Shown here in pieces: positions 30,097-41,787 of a DNA stretch of 64,000 nucleotides. The position numbers were made by a program, and so were the translations under genes. This DNA comes from an uncultured Acidobacteriota bacterium (GTDB lineage Bacteria; Acidobacteriota; Thermoanaerobaculia; Multivoradales; SZUA-115): NCBI GenBank assembly GCA_963805975.1, contig CAWDVR010000001.1, positions 1,312,001 to 1,376,000 of the forward strand, in the 5' to 3' direction. The notes below the pieces were generated by a model, which saw nothing but the letters and a program-made list of their open reading frames with translations, was not told the DNA's origin and ran no database searches. Position 1 is the first letter of the stretch. Every line of letters begins with the position of its first letter.

Positions 30097-32481
30097 ATGA
30101 GTGTGTTCCTCAAGGATCTGCGCCTCGCCCTGCGATCCCTCGCCAAGAAGCCGGCCTATGCCGGCCTGGCGATCGCCACCATGGCCTTGGGGCTCGGCGC
30201 CGCGACCGCCGTCTACGGCGTCTTCGACGTCGTGCTGCTCTCTCCCCTGCCCTTTCCGGCCTCCGACCGGCTGATGGTGCTCTCGACCGCCAACCCCGCG
30301 AAGCGCATCGAGACCGCCGGCGTTTCGGCCCCCGAGTACCGCGACTATCGCGAGCAGCTCTCCTCCTTCGCGTCGCTCGAGCTGTGGACCTGGTACGGCC
30401 TCTCGCTCAACCGGGACGGCCGGCCCCGCGACATCACCACCGTGCGCGCGAGCCCTGGCCTGCTCGAGGCCCTGGGCACCCGGCCGCTCCTCGGCCGGAC
30501 CTTTCGCCCCGACGAGTCCGAGGAGTCGAGGGTGATCGTGATGTCTCACGGCCTGTGGGCGAGCGAGTTCGGCGCCGACCGCGAGATCATCGGCCGGTCC
30601 GTGCGTCTCGACGAGGAGCCTTGGACGGTGGTCGGCGTGATGCCTGCAGGCTTCGAGTTCCCCAGCGCCGAGGTGAAGCTGTGGATCCCCTACTCGGCGG
30701 CCGAGGCCAACGAGCGGCTGCGCTTCTGGAGCGTGGTGGGCCGGCTGAAGCCTGGGGTGACCGAGGAACAGGCCCGGCGGGAAGCGGAGACAGTTTCCCG
30801 GGCCCTCGAGAGCAAATACCCGGAAACCGCCGGCTTCGTGGCGCGGATCGCCTCGCTCAAGGAGCGCGCGGTGGGCACCATCCGCAGCAGCCTGGTGGCG
30901 GTGCTGGTGGCGGTGGGTCTGTTCCTGTTGATCGCCTGCGCCAACGTCACCAACCTGACCCTCGCCCGGGGCCTGGACAGGGGCGGCGAGCTCGCAGCCC
31001 GGACGGCGCTCGGAGCTCCCCGCTCCCGGCTGCTCTCCCTGCTGCTGGCCGAGAGCACCCTCCTGGCCTTGCTCGGAGGCCTGCTGGGCGTGGCGCTCGC
31101 CGCCTGGGGGGTGGAGGCGCTCTCGGCACTGGCGCCGCCGGAGATCCCTCGCTCGGCGGAGATCACCCTCTCACCCCGCGTGCTGGCGGTGGCCGCTGGC
31201 CTCATTCTGCTGGCCGGGCCCCTCTTCGGGCTCCTGCCGGCCTTGCAGCTCTCCGGCCGGGCCGGGACGGCGATCTCGGGCAACCGCAGCATGACCGGCG
31301 CCCGCGCCGCCACCCGGGCCCGCCGCGCGCTCACCATCGCTCAACTGGCCCTGTCGCTGGTGCTGCTGGCCGGCGCCGGCTTGATGGTGCGCAGCCTGTG
31401 GAAAGTGTTCGGCCTCGACCCCGGCTTCGAGCCGAAGAACGCCGTGGCCGTGCAGCTCTTCGTCTTCGGGCCGCCGTACGAAGGCAAGCCCGATGCCTGG
31501 CGCCAGTTCGGGCGCAGCCTGGAGGCAGGGATCGCCGCCCTGCCCGGAGTGACGGCGGTGGGCACGGTCAACGCGCTGCCGCTGTCGCCGATCCAGGGGG
31601 GCAGCCGGGAGGTCGAGATCGGGGGCCGGGCCGAGCCCGAGCAGCTCCGGGCCTCCTTCCGCGTGGCCTCACCGGGCGCCCTGGCCGCCCTGGGCCGCCG
31701 CCTGGTGACGGGCCGGAGCTTCACCGCCGACGACCGCGACGGCGGCGCGCCGGTGGTGATGCTCTCCGCGGCGGCGGTAGGGGCCTACTTCGGAGACCAG
31801 AACCCGATCGGTGCGTCGATCCGCGTCCGCGGCGGCGAGAAGTGGGCCCAAGTGGTGGGGGTGGTCGCGGACGTGCGGGCGGCCGGTCTAGAGCGCGTGC
31901 CGGACCCGGAGGTGATCTTCCCCTTCGAGCAGCAGCCCTTCGGCGTGATGTCGGTGGTGGTGCGCTCCGCCGGCCCCATGCCGGGCCTTCTGGAGGCAGT
32001 ACAGCGAGAGGTGTGGAAGGTGGACGCCGAGCAGCCGGTGTACCGCGCCGCACCGCTCACCGAGCTGGTGCGGCAGGACACCGCCCGCCGCCGCTTCTTC
32101 ACCACCGTGCTGGCGCTCTTCGCCTTCTTCGCGCTGCTGCTCGCGTCGATCGGGATCTACGGCGTGGTCTCCTACTCGGTGGCCCAGCGCCTCCGGGAGA
32201 TCGCCGTGCGCATGGCGCTGGGAGCCAACCCGGCGGAGATCCGGCAGATGGTGCTCAAGGACGGGGCGACCCTGGCGGCCGGAGGCCTCGCGCTGGGCCT
32301 CGTCCTCGGCATCGCCGCTGCCAGGGCCGCCTCCTCGATGCTGTTCGAGATCCCGCCGACCGACCCCACCACCTTCCTGGTCGTGACGATGGTGCTGGCC
32401 GCGGTGGCGCTCTCCGCCTGCCTGGTGCCGGCGAGCCGGGCGGCGGCCGTGGCTCCGTTCTCTCTGTTGCGGCAGGAGTGA
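30097..32481 (+). CDS. ADOP-type duplicated ABC permease (MacB/FtsX repeats), no adjacent ATPase
   Basis: DLRLALRSL, LLIACANV.NL, IGIYGVVSYSVAQR..EI..RMALGA. Confidence 0.92.
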   Translation: MSVFLKDLRLALRSLAKKPAYAGLAIATMALGLGAATAVYGVFDVVLLSPLPFPASDRLMVLSTANPAKRIETAGVSAPEYRDYREQLSSFASLELWTWYGLSLNRDGRPRDITTVRASPGLLEALGTRPLLGRTFRPDESEESRVIVMSHGLWASEFGADREIIGRSVRLDEEPWTVVGVMPAGFEFPSAEVKLWIPYSAAEANERLRFWSVVGRLKPGVTEEQARREAETVSRALESKYPETAGFVARIASLKERAVGTIRSSLVAVLVAVGLFLLIACANVTNLTLARGLDRGGELAARTALGAPRSRLLSLLLAESTLLALLGGLLGVALAAWGVEALSALAPPEIPRSAEITLSPRVLAVAAGLILLAGPLFGLLPALQLSGRAGTAISGNRSMTGARAATRARRALTIAQLALSLVLLAGAGLMVRSLWKVFGLDPGFEPKNAVAVQLFVFGPPYEGKPDAWRQFGRSLEAGIAALPGVTAVGTVNALPLSPIQGGSREVEIGGRAEPEQLRASFRVASPGALAALGRRLVTGRSFTADDRDGGAPVVMLSAAAVGAYFGDQNPIGASIRVRGGEKWAQVVGVVADVRAAGLERVPDPEVIFPFEQQPFGVMSVVVRSAGPMPGLLEAVQREVWKVDAEQPVYRAAPLTELVRQDTARRRFFTTVLALFAFFALLLASIGIYGVVSYSVAQRLREIAVRMALGANPAEIRQMVLKDGATLAAGGLALGLVLGIAAARAASSMLFEIPPTDPTTFLVVTMVLAAVALSACLVPASRAAAVAPFSLLRQE

Positions 32482-32530
32482 GGCGGCCACAGGGCGGCCC
32501 CTCGCTCGAACGGAGCGGACGGGGGAGTAG

Positions 32531-33040
32531 CTAGACCGCGTTCTCGCCCGCCCGCACCTTCGCTCCCGCCGGCACGTCGCGGGTCACCACCGCGTTGACG
32601 CCGATCACCGCGCCGTCGCCGATCCGGATCGCGCCGATCAGCTTGGCGCCGGCGCCCAGGAACACGCCGTCGCCCACGATCGGCATCTCCACGAGCCGTG
32701 CCTCGGAGGGCGAGCCGAGGGTGACCTGGTGGAGGATCACCGCGTCCGCGCCAATCTTGGCGAAGCCGCCGATCACGATGCCGGTGCCGTGGGAGATGCG
32801 CAGCCCCGGCCCGATCTCGGCCGTGGGGCTGATCTCGACGCCGGTGAAAAAGAGGCCCGACCGGGCGAAGAAAGACCCGAAGAAGGGCACCCGGCGCGCT
32901 TTGAACCAGCGCGCCAGCCGGTAGAAGACCACCGCCTGGAAGCCGTTGTCGAAGAGCAGGGCGCCGAGCACTCTGCCGGCCCTCGGAGGCTGGCCGTCGG
33001 CCCCCAGGCGCGCGATGTCGCGCCGCAGGTTAGCGGGCAC
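32531..33040 (-). CDS. Serine O-acetyltransferase-like hexapeptide acyltransferase
   Basis: TGVEISP, HGTGIVIG, IGVNAVV. Confidence 0.85.
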   Translation of the reverse strand: MPANLRRDIARLGADGQPPRAGRVLGALLFDNGFQAVVFYRLARWFKARRVPFFGSFFARSGLFFTGVEISPTAEIGPGLRISHGTGIVIGGFAKIGADAVILHQVTLGSPSEARLVEMPIVGDGVFLGAGAKLIGAIRIGDGAVIGVNAVVTRDVPAGAKVRAGENAV

Positions 33041-33958
33041 TCGGCTCCCCGGCCGGGGCCGCGGGCGGCGCCGGGAGCGGCGCGCGGAAACCGGCCACGT
33101 AGCCTCTGAGCTTGGCGAGCGCCGCCTTCTGGTTGCCGCGCGGCAGCTCGCGGAGAAACGCCGCCGGCACGGCCAGGGCCATCAGAGCCAGGGCCTTGAG
33201 CCGCTGCGCCGGGTTGGCGTAACGGCGCACGAAGATCGCCGTCGAGCGCCCGGAGTGGAAGGTCTTGCCCGGCTTGTAGCCCCCGGTCGAGGAAGAGACC
33301 ATGTGCCAGAGCCTGGCGCGGTGCGCGTAGAAGCAGCGGAAGCCGTGGCGCTTGGCGCGCACGCAGAAGTCCGCGTCCTCGATGCAGAGGAAGAACACCG
33401 GGTCCCAGAGGCCAGCCGCCTCTACCGCCGCGCGCTTCACCAGCATGGCGCAGCCGTTGACGTACTCGACCTCGCAGTCCTCGTCGTACTGGCCGCGGTC
33501 GCGCTCCCCCTGGCCACGCTCGCGGGTGATCGCCTCGCCGAAGCGCAGCCGTCCGCCCGCGGACCAGATCGTGTCGCGCTCCCAGAAGTAGTAGGCCTTG
33601 GGGCCCACGATCCCGATCGCCGGCTCGCTCTCGGCCACCCGCACCATCTCGGTCAGCAGGTCCGGCGCGACCTCGATGTCGTTGTTCAGGATCAGGAGGT
33701 AGTCGTATCCCTCCTCCATCGCCCGCCGCATCCCTTCCGAGGCCCCTTTGGCCGGGCCCTCGTTCTGCTCGATCCGCATCTGGCGGACGCCGGGGAACGC
33801 GCTGGCAATGGCTTCGGCCGAGCCGTCCGTCGAGCCGTTGTCGATCACCCACAGGTCATAGGCCGGGTAGGTCATCCGCGACAGGCTGGCCAAGGCCTGG
33901 AGCGTGACCTCGCGGCCGTTGTAGCTGAGGACCAGCGCCGCGACGCGAGGCACCGCGC

Positions 33959-33962
<4 letters not shown>
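33030..33962 (-). CDS. GT2 glycosyltransferase
   Basis: IDNGSTD, LNND, GCAML, EDADF. Confidence 0.9.
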
Positions 33963-35842
<1,880 letters not shown>

Positions 35843-35844
35843 GG

Positions 35845-36786
35845 CTAGGTGTTGGTGCTCAAGAGGTTGTTCACCCTGGAGAGGGGTGGTAGTCCGCCCA
35901 AGGCGGAATGGGGTCGATGTTGATTGTAGAAGTGGAGCCATCTGGGCAGCATCTGGGTTCGGTCCAAGGAGCTCGGGTAGGGGCGGCCGTAGGCCCATTC
36001 TCGCAAGGCGGTTTGGATGAAGCGTTCGGCCTTGCCGTTGGTTCGAGGTCGATAGGGCCGGGTGCGGCTGTGGCGTAGTCCTGCTTGTTGGCAGTTTCGG
36101 GCGAAGAGGTGAGAGCGGTAGGCCGAGCCGTTGTCGGTGAGCAGACGTCGGATCGGTACGCCGAGCTGGTCAAACCAGGCTACAGAGCGCTGTAGGAAAG
36201 AGGCTGTGGTTTCGGCCCGTTCATCGGGCAGGATCTCGACGTAGGCGAGTCGGCTGAAATCGTCGATGGCGACGTGGGCAAACTCCCAGCCCACTCCCCG
36301 AGCGCGCTTGTTGCGTTGGCCGGTGATGCGATGGCCGATTCCGTCGATCTTGCCGAGTTTCTTGATGTCGAGGTGCAGCAGGTCGCCAGGAGCCTCCCGC
36401 TCATAGCGCACCACAGGGACTGGGGGTTCCAGGTCGCGGAGCCGCGACAGGCCGTGCCGCCGAAGGATACGGCCTATGGTAGCTCGCGACAGACCCAGAG
36501 ATCGGGCCAGGGCCAGAGCGCACAGACGGTGCTTCCGGCGTAGATCCAAGACCTTCTGCTCTTGCAAGGCCGGCAGACGATGAGGCGAGCGGCAGGGACG
36601 CGAGGAGCGATCCAGGAGGCCGGCTTCGCCCTCGAGACGGTAGCGCTGGAGCCACTTGGCTACCGTACGCACCGACAGGCCGAGGGCTTCTGCCGCCTGA
36701 CGGCGGCTCCAGCCCTCGGCCTCCACCCGCTCAATCAGCAGGGCTCGACTTTCGGGGGTCGTTTTTGCTCTTCTATGGATGTTCAC
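35845..36786 (-). CDS. IS481 DDE transposase
   Basis: HLDIKKL, TDNGSAY, TNGKAERF, YN..RPHS; stop codon lies in the TSD. Confidence 0.95.
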   Translation of the reverse strand: MNIHRRAKTTPESRALLIERVEAEGWSRRQAAEALGLSVRTVAKWLQRYRLEGEAGLLDRSSRPCRSPHRLPALQEQKVLDLRRKHRLCALALARSLGLSRATIGRILRRHGLSRLRDLEPPVPVVRYEREAPGDLLHLDIKKLGKIDGIGHRITGQRNKRARGVGWEFAHVAIDDFSRLAYVEILPDERAETTASFLQRSVAWFDQLGVPIRRLLTDNGSAYRSHLFARNCQQAGLRHSRTRPYRPRTNGKAERFIQTALREWAYGRPYPSSLDRTQMLPRWLHFYNQHRPHSALGGLPPLSRVNNLLSTNT

Positions 36787-36871
36787 CCGGGGAGCCTCCG
36801 TGGGATGCCAGGTCTTCGACAAACCCAGCTTCCCACAGCTGCCCGGGTGAACAACCTCCTGAGCACTCACA
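35850..36871 (-). mobile_element. IS481-family insertion sequence (1022 bp)
   Basis: TGT...ACA ends; ~27-bp imperfect TIRs; 6-bp TSD GCTAGG at 35844-35849 and 36872-36877; lower GC. Confidence 0.95.
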
Positions 36872-36872
36872 G

Positions 36873-38024
36873 CTAGGCGGCCCCCGCGGCGTCTTCGAGC
36901 AGGTTCTCCCAGCGGGGCAGCACCTGTCGCAAGTCGAAGGCCATCCGCGCCCGCTCGGTCGCGGCGCGGCCCAGCTCCATGCGCCGCGCCGGGTCCGCGA
37001 GCAGCTCCAGGATCCCCCCCGCCAGTGCGGCCGCGTCGCCCGGCTCGACCAGCAGACCCGTCGCACCGTGCTCCACGATCTCCGCCGGCCCGAAGGGGCA
37101 GCGGGTGGCGACCGCCGGCAGGCCCAGCCCCTGGGCCTCGATCAAGGCGTTGGGCAGGCCTTCGAAGTCGCTGGTCAGGAGAAAGAGATCGGCCTGGCGC
37201 ATGAGTGCGAAAGGATTCTCGCAGAAACCCGGCAGCTCGACGGCGCCGCCGCCGCCCAATCCGAGTCCCAGGCGCTCGCACCGCCGCCTCAGGTCGGGCT
37301 CGAGCGGACCTTCGCCGCAGAGCCAGAGTCGGGCGTCGACCCGCTCCCGGACGCGGGCCAGGGCCTCGAGCGCCAGGTCGGGGCGCTTCTGCCGCACCAG
37401 CCGCCCCACCCAGAAGATCGTCGGCCGGAGCGGGTCGCGCCGCAGCTCCCGTGCCTCGGAGGCGAGCACCTCGAGGCGTTGGAAGTCGGTGGGGTTCGGC
37501 AGGCTCGTCACGCGGTCGCGCACGGCCGGATAGGCGGCCGCCACGGCCGCGGCCATCTCCTCCGAGTTGCTCACCACGCGGCGGGCCAGGGGGTAGACGC
37601 GCTTCGCCCACTGGCGGTGCAGCCAGGGCTCGCGCGGCCCGGGCGCGTTGCCCACCCGTGCCACCCAGGCCGGCCGTTGCGGAAGGCCCCGCAACGCGGC
37701 GCTGTTAGGTGGCAGGCCACGAAGCGCGGCGCCGGTGAGGCAGTTGGTGGAGAGCACGTTCGACAGCACCACGTCCGGGCGCCGGCGCTCGATCTCGAGC
37801 CGCAGGCGGCGCGCGGTCGCCCGCAGGCTCGCGAGACCGCTGTAGCCGAGCGTAGAGACCGGCACGTCGTCCGGCACCGGGTAGGTCCGGCGGGGCGTCG
37901 CCATGCAGATGGAGGGCGCGAAGCGGCTACGGTCGAGGTGTGTGGCAAGGGTGGCCGCGAAGCGCTCCGCGCCGCCGCCCGACAGCGAATGGGTGACCAG
38001 CAGCACTTTGAGCGGCGCCTTCAA
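36873..38024 (-). CDS. GT4 glycosyltransferase
   Basis: GGGAER, GRLVRQKR, EGLPNALIEA. Confidence 0.9.
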   Translation of the reverse strand: MKAPLKVLLVTHSLSGGGAERFAATLATHLDRSRFAPSICMATPRRTYPVPDDVPVSTLGYSGLASLRATARRLRLEIERRRPDVVLSNVLSTNCLTGAALRGLPPNSAALRGLPQRPAWVARVGNAPGPREPWLHRQWAKRVYPLARRVVSNSEEMAAAVAAAYPAVRDRVTSLPNPTDFQRLEVLASEARELRRDPLRPTIFWVGRLVRQKRPDLALEALARVRERVDARLWLCGEGPLEPDLRRRCERLGLGLGGGGAVELPGFCENPFALMRQADLFLLTSDFEGLPNALIEAQGLGLPAVATRCPFGPAEIVEHGATGLLVEPGDAAALAGGILELLADPARRMELGRAATERARMAFDLRQVLPRWENLLEDAAGAA

Positions 38025-40334
38025 GGCTCGGGGTCCCGCGCTGGCACGGCACCCGCGCCCGGCGCCATCACCTCCACCTCGGCCTTCCAGGTGCTGCCGG
38101 TGTTTCTCTCCGAGAACCACGCAATCTGCTCGTGGACGGGGTCCAGCTCCAGGAGGTAGCGGCCGGGCACGGCCGGGGCACGGATCTTCTGGCGCGCCAC
38201 CACCCGGCCGCCGGGCGGCACCGGCAGCTCGATCTCGGTGCGCTCGCCGTCCCACACCGCGACCCCGCCATCCGCCGTGCGCCAGTGGTAGGAGAGCTTG
38301 ACGCGCGCCGCGCCGTCGGCCGTCCAGGCGGTAGCGCTCTCGTTGAACAGCCGCACCGGGAGCTCGAACAGCTCTCCGGCGGCCACCGTGGCGGGGGCCT
38401 CGATGGCGCCCCAGCGCAGGCGGTAGAGGTCCGCCGCCAGGCCGGCGCCGCTGCCGAGAAAGGTCAGCTCCGCGCCGAGGAAAAACCCCTCTTCGAACGA
38501 GTCGTCGGCCGGAAAATACGGGCAGGAATTGGGCGGCATGAAACGCGTCCAGGGCTCGATGCGGCCGGTCTCGGCCTCCACGGTCAAGCGGTAGACGTAG
38601 AACGTGTTGCCGAAGTGGCGCCGCACCTTGTAGGGCCGCTTCGGCACCAGCTCCACGCGGCGAGTCTCGCCGCCCGCCCCCACCTGGCCGAACTCGAGCG
38701 TCTCCTCCACCCCGCCCATCTCCAGCTTCACGCGGTTGCCCGGTGCCAGGTTGCGCACCGCGAGCACGGCACGGGGCAGCGGCTCCTCGCCGATCACGTA
38801 GACCTCGTTCGTGCCGGCTCCGCGCAGCCAGAAGCGCTCGCCCTGCGGCAGAAAGACGTCGCGGCGGCCGAGGAAGGTGAAAGCGCCCACCGTCTTCTTG
38901 TCGTAGCCCGGCACCTCGCGCAACGAGAGCTCGAAGGGCAGGTAGGAGAGCGGCGCGTTGCGCACGTGGGACTGGAGCGTGGGCTCCGGCCCGCCGGCAC
39001 CGAACGGCGTGAACAGGATCGGCCCCAGGAAAAGCGCGCCGGCGGCGTAGCCTCCCGCGGTGAGGAACCGCGGCACCAGGCGCGTCACGAGATAGAGAAA
39101 CGCCGGGTAGGCGTTGACGAAGTAGCGGTTGCCCACGAAGCCGCCGCCGCCCTGCCAGTTGTCCGGGATGAAGAGCAGGAAGAACAGCGCCACCACGCCA
39201 AGCACCGCGAGCAACGCCCAGCGTTCCACACCCTTCTGCCGGTGGAGAAAGAACAACAGCAGCGCCACGAGCGCGAACGGCGTGTAGACGAAGAGCCCGG
39301 TGTGCCGGCCCCAGAGGAAGTAGCCCAGGTTCTCGGCGAGCTCGGGCGGCGAGGTCTCGGGCACCCGGAAGATCCAGGTCCACGCCCCGCCCGTGCCGCG
39401 CACCGGCTCCGCGGCCGCGACCTGCGGCGTGGTGGTGCTCGTCCCCCCTCCGCTCGCACCGCCAGCCGCCGCCATGGGCGAAGCCGCGGCAGGCGCTGCC
39501 ACCGCCGGTCCGATCGGCATCCTGCCGGGCTCGCAGATCGTGACTCCCTGGCGCCGCACGCCGAGGTAGCTCGACGGATGCCCGGTGAGCGCCAGGGCGA
39601 GCCCCACCACGGCGAGGCTGCAAACCGCCGCGCCCGCGAGCCACGCGCCCGCCCGCCGGAGAGTCCCGCCGCCAGAGCCAGCCCAGGACGAGCGGCACGC
39701 CGAAGGCGGCGAGCATCGGCTTGTTGTAGGCGGCGAGAGGCAGGAGCGCGCCCGACAGCGCCACCACCCACGGCCCGCCTTCGCGGCCCTCCCCCGTGCC
39801 GAAGCGGTGCAGGCCGAAGAACAGGCAGCCGGCCACGGCTGCCATGTTGAAGACCTCCGGGTGCAGCCAGAAGGCATAGGCAAAGCCGTTCGAGAGCAGG
39901 TAGAACCCGGCGGCAAAGAGTGCGGCGAGGCCGCCGTCGTTGAAGCGCGAGAGGTAGAGCGCGCCCATCCAGATCATGCCGGAGAGCATCAGCAGATTGA
40001 AGGAAACCATGCCGTTGGCGCCGAACGGTCCGGCGAAGGGCGCGGCAAAGAGCGAGTAGATGTAGGGCTTGCCGAAGTAGGCCGTCCGCCAGCCGTCGTC
40101 CGTCATCAGGATCAGGTTGTCGACCTTGCGGAACGGGAACTCCTGGAAGGCGCGGTCCATGTCCCGCACCTCGGCCTTCAGGTCGCGGTCCTGGGCCAGC
40201 GACAACGCCATCAGGTAATAGGCCGGCTCGTCCGCCTTGAGGCCCGCGGGCAAGCCGGGCTTGCCGAGGGTCAGCGGGAAGAGGGCCAGGAAGAGAGTCA
40301 GGCAGGTGAGGGTGAGAACCGCGGTGCGTCCCAC
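38021..40334 (-). CDS. GT-C-like polytopic membrane protein with C-terminal Ig-like domain; frameshift near 39663
   Basis: KADEPAYY after TM1, many TMs, GNRYF; C-terminal LSYHW..WDGER..PGRYLLELD..WF. Confidence 0.7.
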
Positions 40335-40342
40335 GGCCGCGG

Positions 40343-40363
40343 AGCATACCGCAGCGCTATGCT
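40343..40363. promoter_or_regulatory. Symmetric divergent -10 pair
   Basis: AGCATA-N9-TATGCT in the 40-bp gap between divergent starts. Confidence 0.6.
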
Positions 40364-40374
40364 AGGTTGATTCG

Positions 40375-41787
40375 ATGCGGGTTCCGGCTTTCCTCGTCGC
40401 ACTTCTCCTCGCCGCCTGCAACGGCGACCACGCCGCGCCGCGCCGCGTGTTCTTCGTCACCGTGGACACGCTGCGCGCCGACCACCTGGGCACCTACGGC
40501 TACCCGCGCGCCACCTCGCCGTTCCTCGACTCGCTGGCCGCCAGGAGCACGGTCTTCGAGCACGCCATCGTGCAATGGCCGAAGACCGGCGCCTCCTTCG
40601 CCTCGATGTTCACGGGCCAGTACCCGCACACCACGGGCCTCACCCACAAGGCCGACATCCACGTCCCGGACGGCTATCTCACCCTTCCGGAGCTGTTCCA
40701 GAGCCACGGCTACACCACGGTGGCGGTCAACTCGAACGGCGTGCTCAACTCGGACCTCGGCTGGGACACCGGCTTCGACGAGTTCCTCGAGACCCGGACC
40801 GCCTTCGGGCTCGGAAGCGGTGACCAGCGGAGCTACCGCGGCACCATGAACGCGATCAAGGTCAACGAGCTGGCGCTGCCGCTGCTCGAGAAGCACAAGG
40901 ACGACGCGAAGCTCTTCGCCTGGGTCCACTACTCCGACCCGCACACGCCGTACCTGCTGCCGGAAGGGTTCACCAACCCCTTCCTCGACGATGCCCTGTT
41001 CACCGGCGAGCGCGAGGTGAAGCTCGAGCAGCCCGAAGCCACGGAGATCGACGGCCGGCGCGACCTCAAGTTCTATGTCGCCATGTACGACGGCAACGTG
41101 CTGGTGGTGGACCAGGCCATCGAGCGCCTGCTCGGCCGCCTCGGCGAGCTCGGCATGCTCGAGGGCTCGATGGTGATCTTCACCGCCGACCACGGCGAGA
41201 GCCTGGGCGAGCACGAGTACTACCTGGAGCACGGCCGCCTGCCTTACAACACCACCCTGCGCGTGCCGTTCTTCATCCACTTGCCCGGCGGCCGGGCCGC
41301 GGGCCGGCGCGTCGGGTCGCCCGTCGAGCTGGTCGATCTCTACCCCACGCTCCGCGATCTGGCGGCGCCGGGCTCGGAGGTGGCCGGCCTCGAAGGCACG
41401 AGCCTGCTGCCCTTCCTGGGTGCCGAGCCGCCGCCACAGGAGGCGAGCGCCGCCTTCCGCTTCGCCTTCGCCGCCGCCGGCGGTGGCACGCCGCTCACCC
41501 ATTTCCGCACCGTGCAGGACCGTGACTGGCAGCTCGTGTTCCACCCGCCCCGCACCACGCGCAAGGGCGTCGAGCTGCCCGCCCAGTACGAGCTCTACGA
41601 CCTGCGGAGCGACCCGCTCGCCGCCCACGACCTCGCCGCCGCCAACCCGGACCAGACCCGCAAGCTGACCCAGGTGCTGGCGAAGTGGATGAACGGCCGC
41701 TTGTGGGTCCACCCGCCCAAGGGCCTCGCCGCCAGGAACAGCGAGGACACGCTGAAGGCGCTCAAGGCGCTGGGGTACGTGGACTGA
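40375..41787 (+). CDS. Sulfatase-like lipoprotein with Thr at the nucleophile position
   Basis: Lipobox LAAC; DTLRADH, WPKTGASFASMFTG, DPH.PY, ADHGE, LKALGYVD. Confidence 0.88.
   Translation: MRVPAFLVALLLAACNGDHAAPRRVFFVTVDTLRADHLGTYGYPRATSPFLDSLAARSTVFEHAIVQWPKTGASFASMFTGQYPHTTGLTHKADIHVPDGYLTLPELFQSHGYTTVAVNSNGVLNSDLGWDTGFDEFLETRTAFGLGSGDQRSYRGTMNAIKVNELALPLLEKHKDDAKLFAWVHYSDPHTPYLLPEGFTNPFLDDALFTGEREVKLEQPEATEIDGRRDLKFYVAMYDGNVLVVDQAIERLLGRLGELGMLEGSMVIFTADHGESLGEHEYYLEHGRLPYNTTLRVPFFIHLPGGRAAGRRVGSPVELVDLYPTLRDLAAPGSEVAGLEGTSLLPFLGAEPPPQEASAAFRFAFAAAGGGTPLTHFRTVQDRDWQLVFHPPRTTRKGVELPAQYELYDLRSDPLAAHDLAAANPDQTRKLTQVLAKWMNGRLWVHPPKGLAARNSEDTLKALKALGYVD

Noticed and set aside
32482-32530. 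GGCGGCCACAGGGCGGCCCCT REP-like fragment between convergent genes
   Set aside because: Single degenerate arm with no second copy seen in the window.
29103-32534. 1143-aa ORF and many other long Arg/Gly/Pro-rich ORFs
   Set aside because: Shadow frames expected at this GC content; they overlap well-supported genes and lack motifs.
37680-37735. AALRGLP duplication in GT4
   Set aside because: Short diverged in-frame duplication in a probable loop; no evidence of function.
36873-40334. Apparent 1153-aa membrane protein-GT4 fusion
   Set aside because: A frameshift near 39663 joins two separate genes through a nonsense-like frame.
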